DNA of 64,000 bases from Methanomassiliicoccaceae archaeon. GTDB taxonomy: Archaea; Thermoplasmatota; Thermoplasmata; Methanomassiliicoccales; Methanomassiliicoccaceae. Positions 40,801 through 52,580 of the stretch are shown piece after piece (position 1 is the stretch's first letter; each line of letters starts with the position of its first letter). The stretch lies in contig CAVSJV010000005.1 in NCBI GenBank assembly GCA_963728405.1, forward strand, positions 320,001-384,000, given 5' to 3'. Below the pieces are notes generated by a model that saw nothing but the letters and a program-made list of their open reading frames with translations, did no database searches and had not been told where the DNA came from. A program made the translations under genes and the position numbers.

Positions 40801-43800
40801 CGAGCCGGCGAGCGCCACCCCACTCGGCCTCCCGTCCGCGCCGGACAACTTGGTGGTAAGCGTCATCGATGGCGGGTCGGTCCAGCTGTCGTGGAACGCC
40901 CCGGCCTGGAACAACTTCGAGATGGTCAGGTATGTCATATATCGCTCGACCGTCCCGGGAGAAGAGGTCCTGGTCGGAGACACCACCGAACTGGATTACA
41001 CCGATGGCGATCTAGTCCTCAACACCACCTACTGCTACAAAGTGAGGGCGCTCAACGCCGTGGGCCCCGGCCCGCTTTCGGGCGAGGTCTCCAACACCAC
41101 GATCGGCGTCCCGAGCGCGCCGGTCATCACTGGCGTCGTCTCCGGCGATGGGTTCGTCAACCTGACCTGGAGCGCCTCCACCTTTGACGGCCACCGGGCC
41201 ATCGAAGGCTACTACGTCCGGTACGGCACTAACCCCGAATTCTTCGAGAGCACCTACCTAGCCAGTATGGACCTGTACTACAACGCCACTGGCCTGGCTA
41301 ACGGCACGACCTACTTCTTCGCGGTCTACGCGACCAACGGCATCTACGAGAGCGAGGATTCCGTCACGGTCAGCGCTGTCCCCAAGACGCTGCCATCCGC
41401 ACCGGCGATCATCAACTCGTCGACCGGGGTGCGCACCATCTGCCTCAACTGGACCGCGCCGTACGACGGCGGTGACGCTCTGACTGGCTATGACCTCTAC
41501 TATGGTATGACCGAGGCCGACTATACCGACGTCGTGCACCTCGGGGTGGTCAACAGCTATACCCTGACCGGCCTGGCCGACAGCACCAAGTACTACTTCG
41601 CGGTGTGCGCCAAGAACGGTGTCGGCGACGGCCCGTTATCCGGCGAGCGCAACGGGACCACCTACGCCCCCCCGACCGCTCCGGTGGCCTTCATCGCCTC
41701 TGATGACGGTTGCCTGAATGTCTCGTGGACGACCCCTGACTCCAGCGCCGCCATCGATGGCTACTACCTGTACCGGGGAGCGATCTCGGGCGAACTAGCT
41801 CTCTACCAGACCCTGGGCGCGGTGAACTTCTACAACGACACCGATGTCTCCAACGGGCAGGCGTATTTCTATCAGGTACGGGCGTTCAGCGCGGCGGGGG
41901 ACGGTGCCCTCAGCAGCGAGGTCATCGCCATCCCGGCGAGGGCGCCGACCCAGCCATTGGACCTGATCACCGATGGTGGCATCGAGGTCATCTACCTGAA
42001 CTGGTCCGCACCGGCGGACATGGGCGGCGGCGTGCTGAACTACACCGTGTACCGTGGCCCCACCACTGGAGAGATGGAACCGATCGTCATGATAGGGAAC
42101 GTAACGTCCTATATCGATAGCGATGTCATCGTCGGGGTGACATATTACTACGGCATCGTCGCATCGAACTGGGCCGGCACCGGACCGGCCTCGGAGATCG
42201 CATCTGAATCGACCATCTATCCGCCATCGCCCCCGACCTTCCTAACGGCCACGGCCCATGTCGACTATGTCCACCTGACCTGGGCAGTACCCTCACCGGG
42301 CAACTCCCCCCTGTTAGGTTTCCGCATATACCGCTCTACCACGAGCGGGGAGGAGACCTTGCTGATCGAGATACTGATGCCGCCGACCCACGGCCCGATG
42401 GGCATGGGCTATTCCTATGATGAAACGAACGTCGTCAACGGCACTCTTTACTACTACAAGGTCACCGCGTTCAACCGCGGTTACGAGAGCGATCTTTCGA
42501 GCGAGGTCTCGGCCAGGCCGTACAACGTGCCGACCGAGCCGACCGAAGTGGTCATCACCGGCGGCCTCAGGAACGTGACCGTCTCGTGGTCCGCACCGGC
42601 CAGCGATAATGGCGCGGCGGTCACCGGGTACGTCGTGTTCCTGTGCAACGCCACCGGCGGCGAGGTCCAGACCATCAACGCCGGACTGGTGTACTCGTAC
42701 ACCTTCGAGGGCCTAAGGAATGGAACGCAGTACTTCACCGTGGTCCGGGCGGTCAACGCGGCCGGTAATGGCGAGGGGGCGGTGGCCAACGCCACCACCT
42801 TCGCCGCGCCTGGTGCGCCGGTAGCGGACCAATCCTCGGGTGACGGTTGGATTAACATCACCTGGGCCTCGCCCGCCTCGGACTCGCCCGTCCTCGGTTA
42901 CTACCTGTACCGGGGAACCACTTCGGGCGTCCTGACGCTGTTCCAGACCCTCGGTCCCGTCGTCTACTTCAACGACACTGAAGCGGTCAATGGACAAACG
43001 TACTACTGCCAGGTCCAGGCCTTCAGCGCGGCGGGGGACGGAAACCTCAGCAACGAGGTCTCGGCCATCCCGTCCCGGGCCCCCGACGCCCCGACCGGCC
43101 TGGAGGCCGTGAGAGGCGACGGTCAGGTCTCGCTGTCCTGGACCGCGCCGGAGCATGACGGCGGTTCGGCCATCATCGGCTACGCCATCTACGTCGGCAC
43201 CACCAGCGGCACGGAGGTTTACTATGCCACGGCCGCCGAAACGTCCTGCGTGGTCGACGGTCTGACCAATGGTCAGACCTATTACTTCCAGGTGGCCGCG
43301 GTCAACGTCCGCGGCAACGGGACGATGAGCCCCGAGATCTCGGCGGTCCCGGCCACCGTTCCCGGTGCTCCGACCTACCTCGGCGCCACCGCCGGGACAG
43401 ACGAGGTGGAACTGAACTGGACCGCACCCAGCGACGGAGGCGCCCCCATAACGGGCTACATCGTGTACCGCCTCTCCACTGGCATGGAGATCGCGATCAC
43501 TACCACCGGGACGTCGTTGGTTGACGACACCGTGGTCCGCGGTCACACCTACTCCTACCGGGTCGTAGCGGTGAACGCGGTCGGCCCTGGTCCCAGCTCG
43601 AACAGCACTGGGAACATGGTCCCGGCGGCCGTTCCCGGACAGCCTACCGGCCTGGAGGCCGTGGCGGCGGTCGGAACGGTCACTCTATCTTGGTCGACAC
43701 CGGCCGACGACGGCGGCCTGCCCGTCATCGCGTACAACGTTTACCGCGGAACAAGCCTGGGCACCATGGTCAAGCTCGCTACCACCGCCTCGCTCGCCTA

Positions 43801-44305
43801 CGTGGACGAGAACGGCACAGCGGGCACCTCCTACGTCTACGGGGTCTCCGTGGTCAACGCCAAGGGAGGGGGAGAGGTGGCCTCGGTGACCTCAGCGTCG
43901 CTGTGGCCGCCTCCCGCCCCCACCGATTCTGCAGGTCGTTCGCGAGGGAAGCAGCGCCGTGCTCACCTGGACCATGCCTGAGGGCAACGCTACGAGCGGC
44001 ACCGTGACCGGCTTTGCAATCTACCGTGGCAGTGACGGCAACGAGGTCCTCATCGGGTACGCCAACTCCAGCGATGCGACCAGCTTTACCGACACCGACG
44101 CCCCTACCGGGGAGACGACCTACCGCGTGGCCGCCCTGAACGGGACATGTGGCGGGAGGTTCATCGATGAGCTCCCCGGCCAGCCTGGTGGCCGAGGCTT
44201 CCAGCCTGGGCGCGCTGTTCCCGTGGGTGGTGTTCGGGGTGATCGGAGCGATCCTGGTGCTGTTCGTAGTGATCGGGAGGAGTAAGAAGGTACCGGGACC
44301 CCTAA
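37873..44305 (+). CDS. Giant surface protein with ~22 fibronectin type III repeats, signal peptide and C-terminal TM anchor (~2,140 aa); 3-4 frameshifts
   Basis: ORFs 37873, 39353, 43959 and 44149 join. Repeated PxxP...LxW..P...GY.IYR...YYY.V.A.N..G.G. C-terminal FPWVVFGVIGAILVLFVVIGRSKK. Confidence 0.88.
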
Positions 44306-44357
44306 ACCCCTTCCATTTTCCTTTTTTTAGAACGAGCTCTGGCCCGGTCCAAAGTGG

Positions 44358-45185
44358 TCACTTGGGCGGTCTGGCCCGGTAGTACGTTCCGAGCACCTTG
44401 ACGAACGAGGCCTTGCGCACCAGGTCGGTGAGCGCGTCGGCCACGGCTCTATCGTCCACGTGACCGTCCAGATCGACGAAGAAGACATACTCCCACGGCC
44501 GGTCCTTGCGGGGGCGGGATTCCAGTTTGGTCATGTTCACGCCCCTTGAGGCGAACGCCCCCAGTGCATTGTACAGGGCTCCGGGAATATTGCGGGCGGC
44601 GAAGGCGATGGAGGTCTTGTCACCCTCGGTCAGAAGGGAAGGGAGCTTTTGAATGACGAAAAAGCGGGTGAAATTGTCCTGGCGATTCTGGATGCCTTCG
44701 AGCAGCACCTTCATGCCGTAGACCGATGCGGCCCGTTTCGAGGCGATGGCTGCCTCTTCCTTGAGGCCCCGTTCGGCGATCATGCTCACCGAGCCAGCGG
44801 TATCGAAGGCCGGGACCTTCTCCCATTCCGGGTGTTTTGACAGGAAGGAGCGGCATTGCCCCAGCGCCTGGGGATGGGAATACACCCGCCGGATATCGCC
44901 CATCTGTGCTTCTGGGCGGACGATCAGGCAGTGATTGACCGCCACCAGGGCTTCTCCGACCACGTTAAGGTCGTTCTCCAGGAGCAGGTCGTTCACCGCG
45001 GTGACGCTGCCCTCCAGCGAGTTCTCCACTGGCACCATGCCGTGCGATGCGCGGCCGGAATCCACCTCGCGGAACACCGACTCGAAGTCGGGGCAGGCGA
45101 CCGTCCCGGTGCCCTCGCCGAAGAACTGATAGACGGCATCCTCGCTGAAGGCGCCCCTCACTCCCTGGAATGCGACATTGATCAT
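44358..45185 (-). CDS. pheA: Prephenate dehydratase
   Basis: VAFQGVRGAFSE, PVENSLEG, SHPQALGQC, NFTRF, ACT motif TKLESRP. Confidence 0.95.
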   Translation of the reverse strand: MINVAFQGVRGAFSEDAVYQFFGEGTGTVACPDFESVFREVDSGRASHGMVPVENSLEGSVTAVNDLLLENDLNVVGEALVAVNHCLIVRPEAQMGDIRRVYSHPQALGQCRSFLSKHPEWEKVPAFDTAGSVSMIAERGLKEEAAIASKRAASVYGMKVLLEGIQNRQDNFTRFFVIQKLPSLLTEGDKTSIAFAARNIPGALYNALGAFASRGVNMTKLESRPRKDRPWEYVFFVDLDGHVDDRAVADALTDLVRKASFVKVLGTYYRARPPK

Positions 45186-45186
45186 G

Positions 45187-46554
45187 TCAGGCCCCGAAGA
45201 ACTCCTTGTGGAGCGTCCGCGTCGTCTTCTCCAGGTCCTTGCGCTTGACCGTGAAGGTCAGCGCTACGGTCGACGCGCCAGCGGAGATCAGACCGATGTT
45301 AGTGCCGTTCGACGCGACGGTGGTGAACACCCTTCCGGCGATGCCTTCTTTCATACCTAGACCTTCACCCACCAGGCACAGGAGCGCCACGTCCCGCACT
45401 ATCTCGATGCGGTCCACCACGCCCTTCTTGGCCTCCTCTAGCGCTTTCTCGGCATACTTGAGGTCCCGTTCCTCGATGAGCAGTGAGATGCAGGTCTGCG
45501 ATGTGGCCGCCGAATAGACGTTGACCCCAGCATCTGATAGCAGCACCGAGATCTCGGACATGACCCCGGACTTGGAGCCCAGCCCCGCGCCGTAGACCTT
45601 GACCGTGGCCATGTTGGCCATGCAGCTGATGGACTTGATGATCTTGTTACCCTCGACGCCCTCGGGCACGATGGCCGTCCCCTCGTACGCCGGTTTGAAG
45701 ACGTTCTTCATCCGGATGGTGATGCCTCGGGCTCGAGCTGGCTCCACCGTCCTGGGATGGAGGACCTTTGCTCCGAAGTACGAAAGTTCTGCCGCTTCCT
45801 CGTACGAGAGCTGTCCGATGGGCACGGCCCCGGGCACGACCTTGGGGTCGGCCGACATGAACCCGTCCACATCCTTCCAGATCTCCAGCGTCTCGGCGTC
45901 GATGGCGTTGGCGATGACGCTGGCACTGTAGTCCGTGCCGTTGCGTCCCAGCAGGGTGATGAAGCCCTCGTGGGTCTTGCCGAAGAAACCGGTCACCACT
46001 GGCATTTCCTGCCGCTTGAATATCTCGTAGATCTTCGGCGCCAAGTTGCTGCGGGTCGATTCCATCTCCACCGTGGCGGAGCCAAAGGTCCCGTCGGTGA
46101 TGATGCCTAGCTCATCGGCGTCCACCGGGACGGCATTGACGCCCATCTCCTGGAGCATCGCCGACATGATGATGACGCTCATCCGCTCGCCGAACGACTG
46201 CACCAGGTCCTTGGTGCGAGGGGTCAGTTCCTCGAGATAGATTATCCCGTAAAGGATGCGTTCCAGGCGGACCAGTTGTGCTGACAACTGGCTGATCGCG
46301 GTCTGCTTGACGTCCATGCTACCGGCGACCTCGGTGAGGATCTTGAGGTGGCGGTCCCGGAGGTCCCTAGTGAACTGCTGGACCTCTTCCTCCTTCCTCA
46401 CCGTGGACATGAAGTTGAGGAGCGCGTCGGTGATGCCTTGTATGGCGGAAACGACGATCACCTTCTCCTCCGGATCGGAGGCAATGATCTCTCCGACGCT
46501 GATCATGCTCGCCCCGTCCTTGAGCGAGGAGCCCCCGAACTTGAGCACCTTCAT
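45187..46554 (-). CDS. lysC: Aspartate kinase
   Basis: [33 protein letters not shown]...DPK, SYFGAKVLHP, two ACT domains. Confidence 0.93.
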   Translation of the reverse strand: MKVLKFGGSSLKDGASMISVGEIIASDPEEKVIVVSAIQGITDALLNFMSTVRKEEEVQQFTRDLRDRHLKILTEVAGSMDVKQTAISQLSAQLVRLERILYGIIYLEELTPRTKDLVQSFGERMSVIIMSAMLQEMGVNAVPVDADELGIITDGTFGSATVEMESTRSNLAPKIYEIFKRQEMPVVTGFFGKTHEGFITLLGRNGTDYSASVIANAIDAETLEIWKDVDGFMSADPKVVPGAVPIGQLSYEEAAELSYFGAKVLHPRTVEPARARGITIRMKNVFKPAYEGTAIVPEGVEGNKIIKSISCMANMATVKVYGAGLGSKSGVMSEISVLLSDAGVNVYSAATSQTCISLLIEERDLKYAEKALEEAKKGVVDRIEIVRDVALLCLVGEGLGMKEGIAGRVFTTVASNGTNIGLISAGASTVALTFTVKRKDLEKTTRTLHKEFFGA

Positions 46555-47210
46555 CCTTTTCGGAGCCTCCGTATGATGTCCTTGGGCATGCGCTGGACGC
46601 ACAGCTCCGCCTCGTCCTTGGTCAGTCCTGCACCCATCGCGATCTGCAGGGCTCGCTCCTCGGTGATGAGATCGCTCGGCCCGTGGGCGTCGCTGTTGAC
46701 GACCATTTTGGCGTCGACCTTGCGGGCCATCCGGATGACGTGCCCATTGGTAATGGAGTGCGATGGCCGGGAGGTGATCTCCAGCACGACACCGTTATCG
46801 GCGGCGGCCTGGGCGTCCTCCATGGTGATGAAGCCGGGATGGGCTAGGATGTTGACGTCCGGGTTGTTGACCGCCGCGTGATTGGTGCCCTTGTCCACCG
46901 GCTCGGAGATGGTCTCCCCGTGAACGACGATGATATCCGCCCCGGCCTTCTTGGCCTGCTTGATCACAACATCGAGCTTGCTGGCCGGTATGTGGGTCAG
47001 CTCCACGCCTACTAGGAGATCGAGGTCCCATTCCCTGGCCAAGGGGATGTCCCTCTTGGTCTCCTTGATGATCCGGCCGATGTTGCTGGGGTCGGCATGG
47101 TCGGTGATCGCCAGCGCCTCGTGCTTCATGACCGCGGCCCGTCTGGCCAGTTCGATCGGCAGCAGTTCCCCGTCGCTCATCAGTGTATGCGTGTGAAGAT
47201 CTATTCTCAT
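46551..47210 (-). CDS. PHP-family histidinol-phosphate phosphatase-like protein
   Basis: [31 protein letters not shown]. Located within the his operon. Confidence 0.85.
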   Translation of the reverse strand: MRIDLHTHTLMSDGELLPIELARRAAVMKHEALAITDHADPSNIGRIIKETKRDIPLAREWDLDLLVGVELTHIPASKLDVVIKQAKKAGADIIVVHGETISEPVDKGTNHAAVNNPDVNILAHPGFITMEDAQAAADNGVVLEITSRPSHSITNGHVIRMARKVDAKMVVNSDAHGPSDLITEERALQIAMGAGLTKDEAELCVQRMPKDIIRRLRKG

Positions 47211-47824
47211 TTCTTTACCCCCCGGTGCCTCTCCGAGAGCTTCTTGAAAACCTCTTCCATGGGCAGGTCGAGATACTCGAACAGGACCATCTGATGGTAG
47301 ATCAGGTCCGCCGCCTCCCAGACCTCTCCTTTATGGTCCTTTCCCTTGCCGGCGATGGCCAGCTCGGCCGCTTCCTCCACTACCTTCTTGAGCACCTTGT
47401 CCTCATTGCTGAGCAGCTGGTTGGTGTAGCTTCCCTCCTGGGGGTGCTCCTTGCGGTCCCGGATGATCCTCTTCAGTTCGGGTATGATCGCGGCGGTGTT
47501 CTCCAGGTCGCCGTGAAGGGCCTCCCCGAAACAGGACGGTCGCTCCAGGTGGCAGGCGTTGCCGGTCTGCTTGACCCGGACCAGTAACGTATCGGCATCA
47601 CAGTCGGTCTGGATGCTGACAATGTCCTGAACGTGGCCGGACTCCTCTCCCTTCATCCACAGCTTCTGTCGGGAACGGGACCAGAAATGGGTCTTTCCCG
47701 TCTTTAGCATCAGGCCATACGCTTCCTCGTTGGTCCAAGCGAGCATCAGGACCTCGTTGGTCTCGGCGTCCTGAACGATCACTGGCATGAGCCCATCGGC
47801 ATTGAACTTGAATTGTGTGGTCAT
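47207..47824 (-). CDS. hisIE: Bifunctional phosphoribosyl-AMP cyclohydrolase/phosphoribosyl-ATP pyrophosphatase
   Basis: [24 protein letters not shown]; [17 protein letters not shown]. Confidence 0.95.
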   Translation of the reverse strand: MTTQFKFNADGLMPVIVQDAETNEVLMLAWTNEEAYGLMLKTGKTHFWSRSRQKLWMKGEESGHVQDIVSIQTDCDADTLLVRVKQTGNACHLERPSCFGEALHGDLENTAAIIPELKRIIRDRKEHPQEGSYTNQLLSNEDKVLKKVVEEAAELAIAGKGKDHKGEVWEAADLIYHQMVLFEYLDLPMEEVFKKLSERHRGVKK

Positions 47825-48573
47825 CGGACCCTCATCCCCCGGTCCGCCAAGTACTTCTTTACATCCCCCACGGTGTAGGTGCCGTAGTGGAATATGGACG
47901 CGGCCAGGGCCGCCGAGGCATTGGTCTGGTCGAACACCTGGAAGATGTGCTCCGGGTTGCCGCAGCCCCCCGAGGCGATGACCGGGATGTTGACCGAATC
48001 GGCAACCAATTGGGTAAGAGGGATATCATAACCGGCAGTGGTACCGTCAGCATCCATGCTGGTCAGGAGTATCTCCCCGGCCCCCCGGTCCTCCACCTCG
48101 TAGGCCCAGTCGGCGGCGTCCAGCTCGGTGCGCTGGTGGCCGCCGTGAGTGTACACCTTCCATTTGCGCCCTTCGCGCTTGGCGTCTATGGCCACCACCA
48201 CGCATTGCGTTCCGAAGTCCTCCGCGCAGGCACTGACCAGCAGGGGGTCGTGTACGGCGGCGGTATTCACCGAAACCTTGTCCGCGCCGGCGTTGAGCGC
48301 TAGCCGCATGTCCTCTTTCGAGCGTATGCCGCCCCCGACGGTCAATGGCACGAACATCCGTTCGGCCGTCATCTCCACCGACTCCAGGAGGGTCTTTCTC
48401 GCGTCCAGCGAGGCGGTGATGTCCAGGAACACGATCTCGTCCGCGCCCTGCTTTTCATAGGCCTCCGCGAGCTCGGGAGGGTACCCTACCCCGGTGAGGT
48501 TCTGGAACTTCACCCCTTTTACTACTTTGCCCTCGGTCACGTCCAGACACGGTATGATTCGCTTGGTCAGCAA
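47821..48573 (-). CDS. hisF: Imidazole glycerol phosphate synthase, cyclase subunit
   Basis: [47 protein letters not shown]. Confidence 0.96.
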   Translation of the reverse strand: MLTKRIIPCLDVTEGKVVKGVKFQNLTGVGYPPELAEAYEKQGADEIVFLDITASLDARKTLLESVEMTAERMFVPLTVGGGIRSKEDMRLALNAGADKVSVNTAAVHDPLLVSACAEDFGTQCVVVAIDAKREGRKWKVYTHGGHQRTELDAADWAYEVEDRGAGEILLTSMDADGTTAGYDIPLTQLVADSVNIPVIASGGCGNPEHIFQVFDQTNASAALAASIFHYGTYTVGDVKKYLADRGMRVR

Positions 48574-48574
48574 C

Positions 48575-49123
48575 CTAACCTCTCCTGAACTTGACCGCAT
48601 CCTTGGTGCTCAGTACGTTCTCCCGAGGGACGACCGCCCGGCGCAACGCCATTCCCAGGGCTTTGAACGAGGCCTCGATCACATGGTGGTCGTCCAGCCC
48701 TCTCTCTATGATGATGTGCAGCGTGATCCCGGAGGACATGGCGAAGGAGCGGAAGAAGTGCGAGTAGAGCGGGTCCGGGCAGTCCGCGTCGCAGTACGGC
48801 CGGTCGATGATGTCCACGGCCACGGTCACCAAGGCGTCATCCATGGGGACCAGGGATGAGGCGATGCGCTCCACCGGCCGGTCTCCCAGCGCTTGGCGGA
48901 AGGAGGTCCCCAGTGCGATGGCCACGTCTTCCACCAGGTGGTGCTGATTGTCGCCTTCGGCATCGAGCGTCAGGTCGAACGAGGCGTACTTGGTCAGGGT
49001 TTCCATCATGTGCCGTAGGAACTGGTCCTCAATAGTAATGGAGGCTTTCCCGCCGCCATCCAGGTACAATGTCAGGGAGATGTTCGTCTCCCTGGTCTTC
49101 CTGGTCAGCTTGGCCTCCCTCAT
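48575..49123 (-). CDS. hisB: Imidazoleglycerol-phosphate dehydratase
   Basis: [29 protein letters not shown]. Confidence 0.95.
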   Translation of the reverse strand: MREAKLTRKTRETNISLTLYLDGGGKASITIEDQFLRHMMETLTKYASFDLTLDAEGDNQHHLVEDVAIALGTSFRQALGDRPVERIASSLVPMDDALVTVAVDIIDRPYCDADCPDPLYSHFFRSFAMSSGITLHIIIERGLDDHHVIEASFKALGMALRRAVVPRENVLSTKDAVKFRRG

Positions 49124-49830
49124 TTCCGGTCCCCCCATACCTGTTCGGGGCGGATCGTTTCGGAGTAAAGGGCCAGGCCGACGATGGTCGTGCCCACTCC
49201 GATCTTTTCCAGGGCGATGAGGTCGTTCATGGTGGTGATGCCGCCGGAAACGATCACGGGGTGCGGACATAGGTCCAGGAAGTGCTTCGTTTCCTCAAGA
49301 TCGATGCCAGCGGCCTTGCCTTCGACATTGACATTAGTATGGAGCACGCTCGCCAATGGCAATCCCTCGGTGGCCTTGAGGACCTCCCGTAATTTTTTCT
49401 CCGACGATTCTTTCCAACCCCTCATCTGGATCTTCCCGTCCCGGGTGTCCAGAGCCAGAATGATCTTGTTGTAGTTGGAGCGGGTCAGGTCAGCGAACCA
49501 TTCTGGGTCGGTGATGGCCCTGGTCCCGACGACCACTCTCGCCGCCCCCAGGTTCAGCAGGGTCTCGGCCGCCTCGTTCGTTCGTATCCCGCCGCCTACT
49601 TGTATGGGCACCTTTACTTTGGACATGATCGAGGTAATGGCCTCGAAGTTGTCGCCCCGCCCCAAGGCCGCGTTGAGATCGACCACATGGAGGGCCGGCG
49701 CTCCCTTGCTCTCCCAGCTCAGGGCCACCTCGCGGGGGTTGGGTAAGGAGATCTTCTCTGTTCCCGGCCGGCCGCCCACTAGTTGCACGACCTTGCCGTC
49801 CATTATGTCCACTGCGGGAAGTACGATCAT
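49120..49830 (-). CDS. hisA: ProFAR isomerase
   Basis: LPAVDIMDGKVVQL, LHVVDLNAA, QVGGGIR, SGGI. Confidence 0.95.
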   Translation of the reverse strand: MIVLPAVDIMDGKVVQLVGGRPGTEKISLPNPREVALSWESKGAPALHVVDLNAALGRGDNFEAITSIMSKVKVPIQVGGGIRTNEAAETLLNLGAARVVVGTRAITDPEWFADLTRSNYNKIILALDTRDGKIQMRGWKESSEKKLREVLKATEGLPLASVLHTNVNVEGKAAGIDLEETKHFLDLCPHPVIVSGGITTMNDLIALEKIGVGTTIVGLALYSETIRPEQVWGDRK

Positions 49831-50492
49831 ATTTTGGCCTCGATAAATTTAACGAAGTTCTTCAGGAACGCTGCCCCTGAAGCACTGCTCTTTTCCGGGT
49901 GAAATTGCACTCCGATAACATTCTTCTTTCTGAACGCGGAGGGGAACTCCCCGAAGTAATCGGTAGTGGCGATGGTCACATCCTCTAATGGCTGGCCATG
50001 GTAGGAGTGGGCGAAGTAGAAGTATGGTGAGGGGACGCCCTCGAACTCGTTGCTCTTGGACTTCACCTCGTTCCAGCCCATGTGAGGGACCCGTTCGGCC
50101 TTAAGACGGACGACCGGGCCTTTCATGAACCCTAGGCCGGGGTGTTCCCCCTCCTCGCTCCCCTCGAACAAGATCTGCGCCCCGATGCAGATGCCCAGGC
50201 AAGGTGTCCCAGCATCGAGGCGGTCGACGATGATGTCCTTGTAAGGGAGCAGCTTCTCCATGGCGCTGTCGAAAGCGCCGACCCCTGGGAAGACGATCAC
50301 CTCGGCGTTCAGCAGGTTCCGCATGTTGGACTCGATGACCGGGCGCGCTCCCGCCAGCTCCAGTGCCTTTCTGATGGAGTGCAGATTGCCCACACCATAG
50401 TCGGCGATGGAGACCCGGACCCGGGGGCGCTGCCCGATGCGGTAGGAATCGTTCTCCTCGGGGTACTTGACCGAGCGACGGATGTTCACCAT
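49827..50492 (-). CDS. hisH: Imidazole glycerol phosphate synthase, glutaminase subunit
   Basis: DYGVGNLHS, PGVGAF, LGICIG, PHMGWN, QFHPEKS. Confidence 0.95.
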   Translation of the reverse strand: MVNIRRSVKYPEENDSYRIGQRPRVRVSIADYGVGNLHSIRKALELAGARPVIESNMRNLLNAEVIVFPGVGAFDSAMEKLLPYKDIIVDRLDAGTPCLGICIGAQILFEGSEEGEHPGLGFMKGPVVRLKAERVPHMGWNEVKSKSNEFEGVPSPYFYFAHSYHGQPLEDVTIATTDYFGEFPSAFRKKNVIGVQFHPEKSSASGAAFLKNFVKFIEAKI

Positions 50493-51533
50493 TCTTCCAG
50501 CACCTCCTTCAATTTGGAAAGAAGGAGGTCGTTGAGCTCGGCCGTGCCTATGGTGGTGCGCACGCAGTCCTCCAGCATCCGTAGCTTACCGAAGTCCCGG
50601 ATCAAAACGCCCTTGTCGGCCAGGCGGGCCACCAGCTCGCCAGATGGCCTCATGCTCTTGAACAGGATGAAATTGCTTTCCGAGGGGTACGTCTGGAAGC
50701 CCAGCGCCTCGAGCCCGTGGGACAGGCGCCCCCTCTCCTTGCGGACGAGGGCTATCGCCCTGTCGACGTACTCGGGGTTCTGGAGCGCCGCGATGGCGGC
50801 CATCTCGCTGACCCGGTTCAATGAATAGGGGATCTTGACCCGCTGCATCACATCGGCCATCTGGAGGTTCGAAGCCATATACCCGACCCTCAGGCCAGCT
50901 AGGCCATAGGCTTTGGAGAACGTGCGGGTCACGATGAGATTGTCGAACTCCTCCACTCGGGACATGAACGAGTCGCTGGTGAACTCCCCATACGCCTCGT
51001 CCACGATGACCGGGCCGTTGTGCTCGCTGACGATCCTCTCCACATCGCGGTGGTCGAAGATGTTGGCCGTCGGGTTGTTGGGCGTGCACAGGATGATGAT
51101 CTTCCCTTGGGCCTTCAGCAGCGCGTCAGGATCGAGCTGGAATCCTGGTTTCAGGTCCACGGTGACGAACCTGCCGCAATTGATCTTTACGAAGAATCCG
51201 TGGAGCACGTACGAAGGGTACGGTGCCACGACGGTCTCTCCCGGTTCGAGGAATGATTTGAAGATGATATCCAGGTCCTCGTCCGAACCGTTCCCGACCA
51301 CGAAGTTGTCCGGTTTCAGCGCGTAGCGTTCGGCCAGCGCCTGCCGCAGACCGTCGGAATAGGGTGTCGGGTACTGGTTGAGGTCCAGGTCCATGCATTT
51401 GGCAAGCACGTCCTTCAGCACAGTGTTAGGGCCGAGGACAGTTGGTGGAGGTGTCCATGCGGACGGCCTTGATCTTCGGATTGTAGTAAAGGGGAATATC
51501 CCGGACGGTCTTACGGACCCAGTTGTCCATCAT
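50486..51533 (-). CDS. hisC: Histidinol-phosphate aminotransferase, frameshift near 51440
   Basis: GNGSDE, PNNPT, VDEAY, RTFSKAYGLAGLRVGY. Start MMDNWVRK at 51533. Confidence 0.93.
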
Positions 51534-51543
51534 GCGATCACCT

Positions 51544-52407
51544 CTAGGGTACCATGCGGTCGATGGGGACGATCAGAATGCCCGTTGCTCCCAGCCGCTT
51601 GAGCTTGTTCACCGACTCGTAGATCTTGGACTTGTCCACCACCACATGGATGGCGACGATGTCCGAACGTCCCACAATGTTCATGACCGTGGGACCGGCG
51701 ATGCCCGGCAGGAACTTGCGGATCCCGTCAAGGGCGACGACCGGCACATCGGCCATCAGGTAGCGCTTCCCCTCGGCCTCAATGACACTTTTCACCGCCG
51801 AGGCCAGCTCCTCCATCTCTTCTTTCTTGGTCCCCATGGCTTCCTTGGAAGTGATCATGACCGCCTGGGACTCGGCAATGATGGCGATCTCCTTCAGGTG
51901 GTTGGTCTTAAGAGTGCTCCCGCTGGATACTAGGTCCACGATGAGGTTCGCGACCCCCAGGTATGGCGTCACCTCGGCCGCGCCGGATATGGTGGTCACC
52001 TCGACCTGCTTGCCGTGCTTCTTGAAGTATTTCTGGGCCATGTTGGGGAACGAGGTCGCAACGATCGAACCGTCCGGTATGTCCGCGACGGTGTCCATGC
52101 CTTTCCCCTCGGGTACCGCTACCGACAATCGGCAGCGTCCGAAACCCATATCCAGGAGCTTGTGCACGTCCAGCCCGGACTCCAGCACAAGGTCGTAACC
52201 GGTGATGCCCATATCCACCGCGCCCTTATGCACGAACCTCACAATGTCCTGTGCTCGGAGGAACATGACCGAAATATCACCATTCTTGACGGTGGCATAG
52301 AGCTTCCTTTCGCCCCCGTCCTCGATTTCCAGGCCAGCCTGTTTGAGGATCTCGAGAGATCGCTCGTTCAGTCGTCCTTTATTGGGCACGGCCAGCTTGA
52401 TAGACAT
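51544..52407 (-). CDS. hisG: ATP phosphoribosyltransferase (long form)
   Basis: LAVPNKGRL, RAQDI, DMGITG, GAAE, DLVSSGSTL, C-terminal regulatory domain. Confidence 0.96.
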   Translation of the reverse strand: MSIKLAVPNKGRLNERSLEILKQAGLEIEDGGERKLYATVKNGDISVMFLRAQDIVRFVHKGAVDMGITGYDLVLESGLDVHKLLDMGFGRCRLSVAVPEGKGMDTVADIPDGSIVATSFPNMAQKYFKKHGKQVEVTTISGAAEVTPYLGVANLIVDLVSSGSTLKTNHLKEIAIIAESQAVMITSKEAMGTKKEEMEELASAVKSVIEAEGKRYLMADVPVVALDGIRKFLPGIAGPTVMNIVGRSDIVAIHVVVDKSKIYESVNKLKRLGATGILIVPIDRMVP

Positions 52408-52580
52408 CCATTCACCCTCTAAAGTTGCAGAAGGTGATAACCTGTCCTCATAAATAACATATGGCCTTTTATCGGAACGCTCCAGCATATATCGCGATAA
52501 ACTTCCCCTTCTCAGAATACTATGCCGTCCACGGAAATATTAATAGTGGCCCGTGTCATAACTGCCTCTCTGGACTGAAC

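Noticed and set aside
37873-44305. Diversity-generating retroelement or CRISPR-like array in the repetitive FN3 gene
   Set aside because: Repeats are diverged protein-level domains. I saw no reverse transcriptase, no adenine-specific TR/VR pair and no identical spaced DNA repeats.
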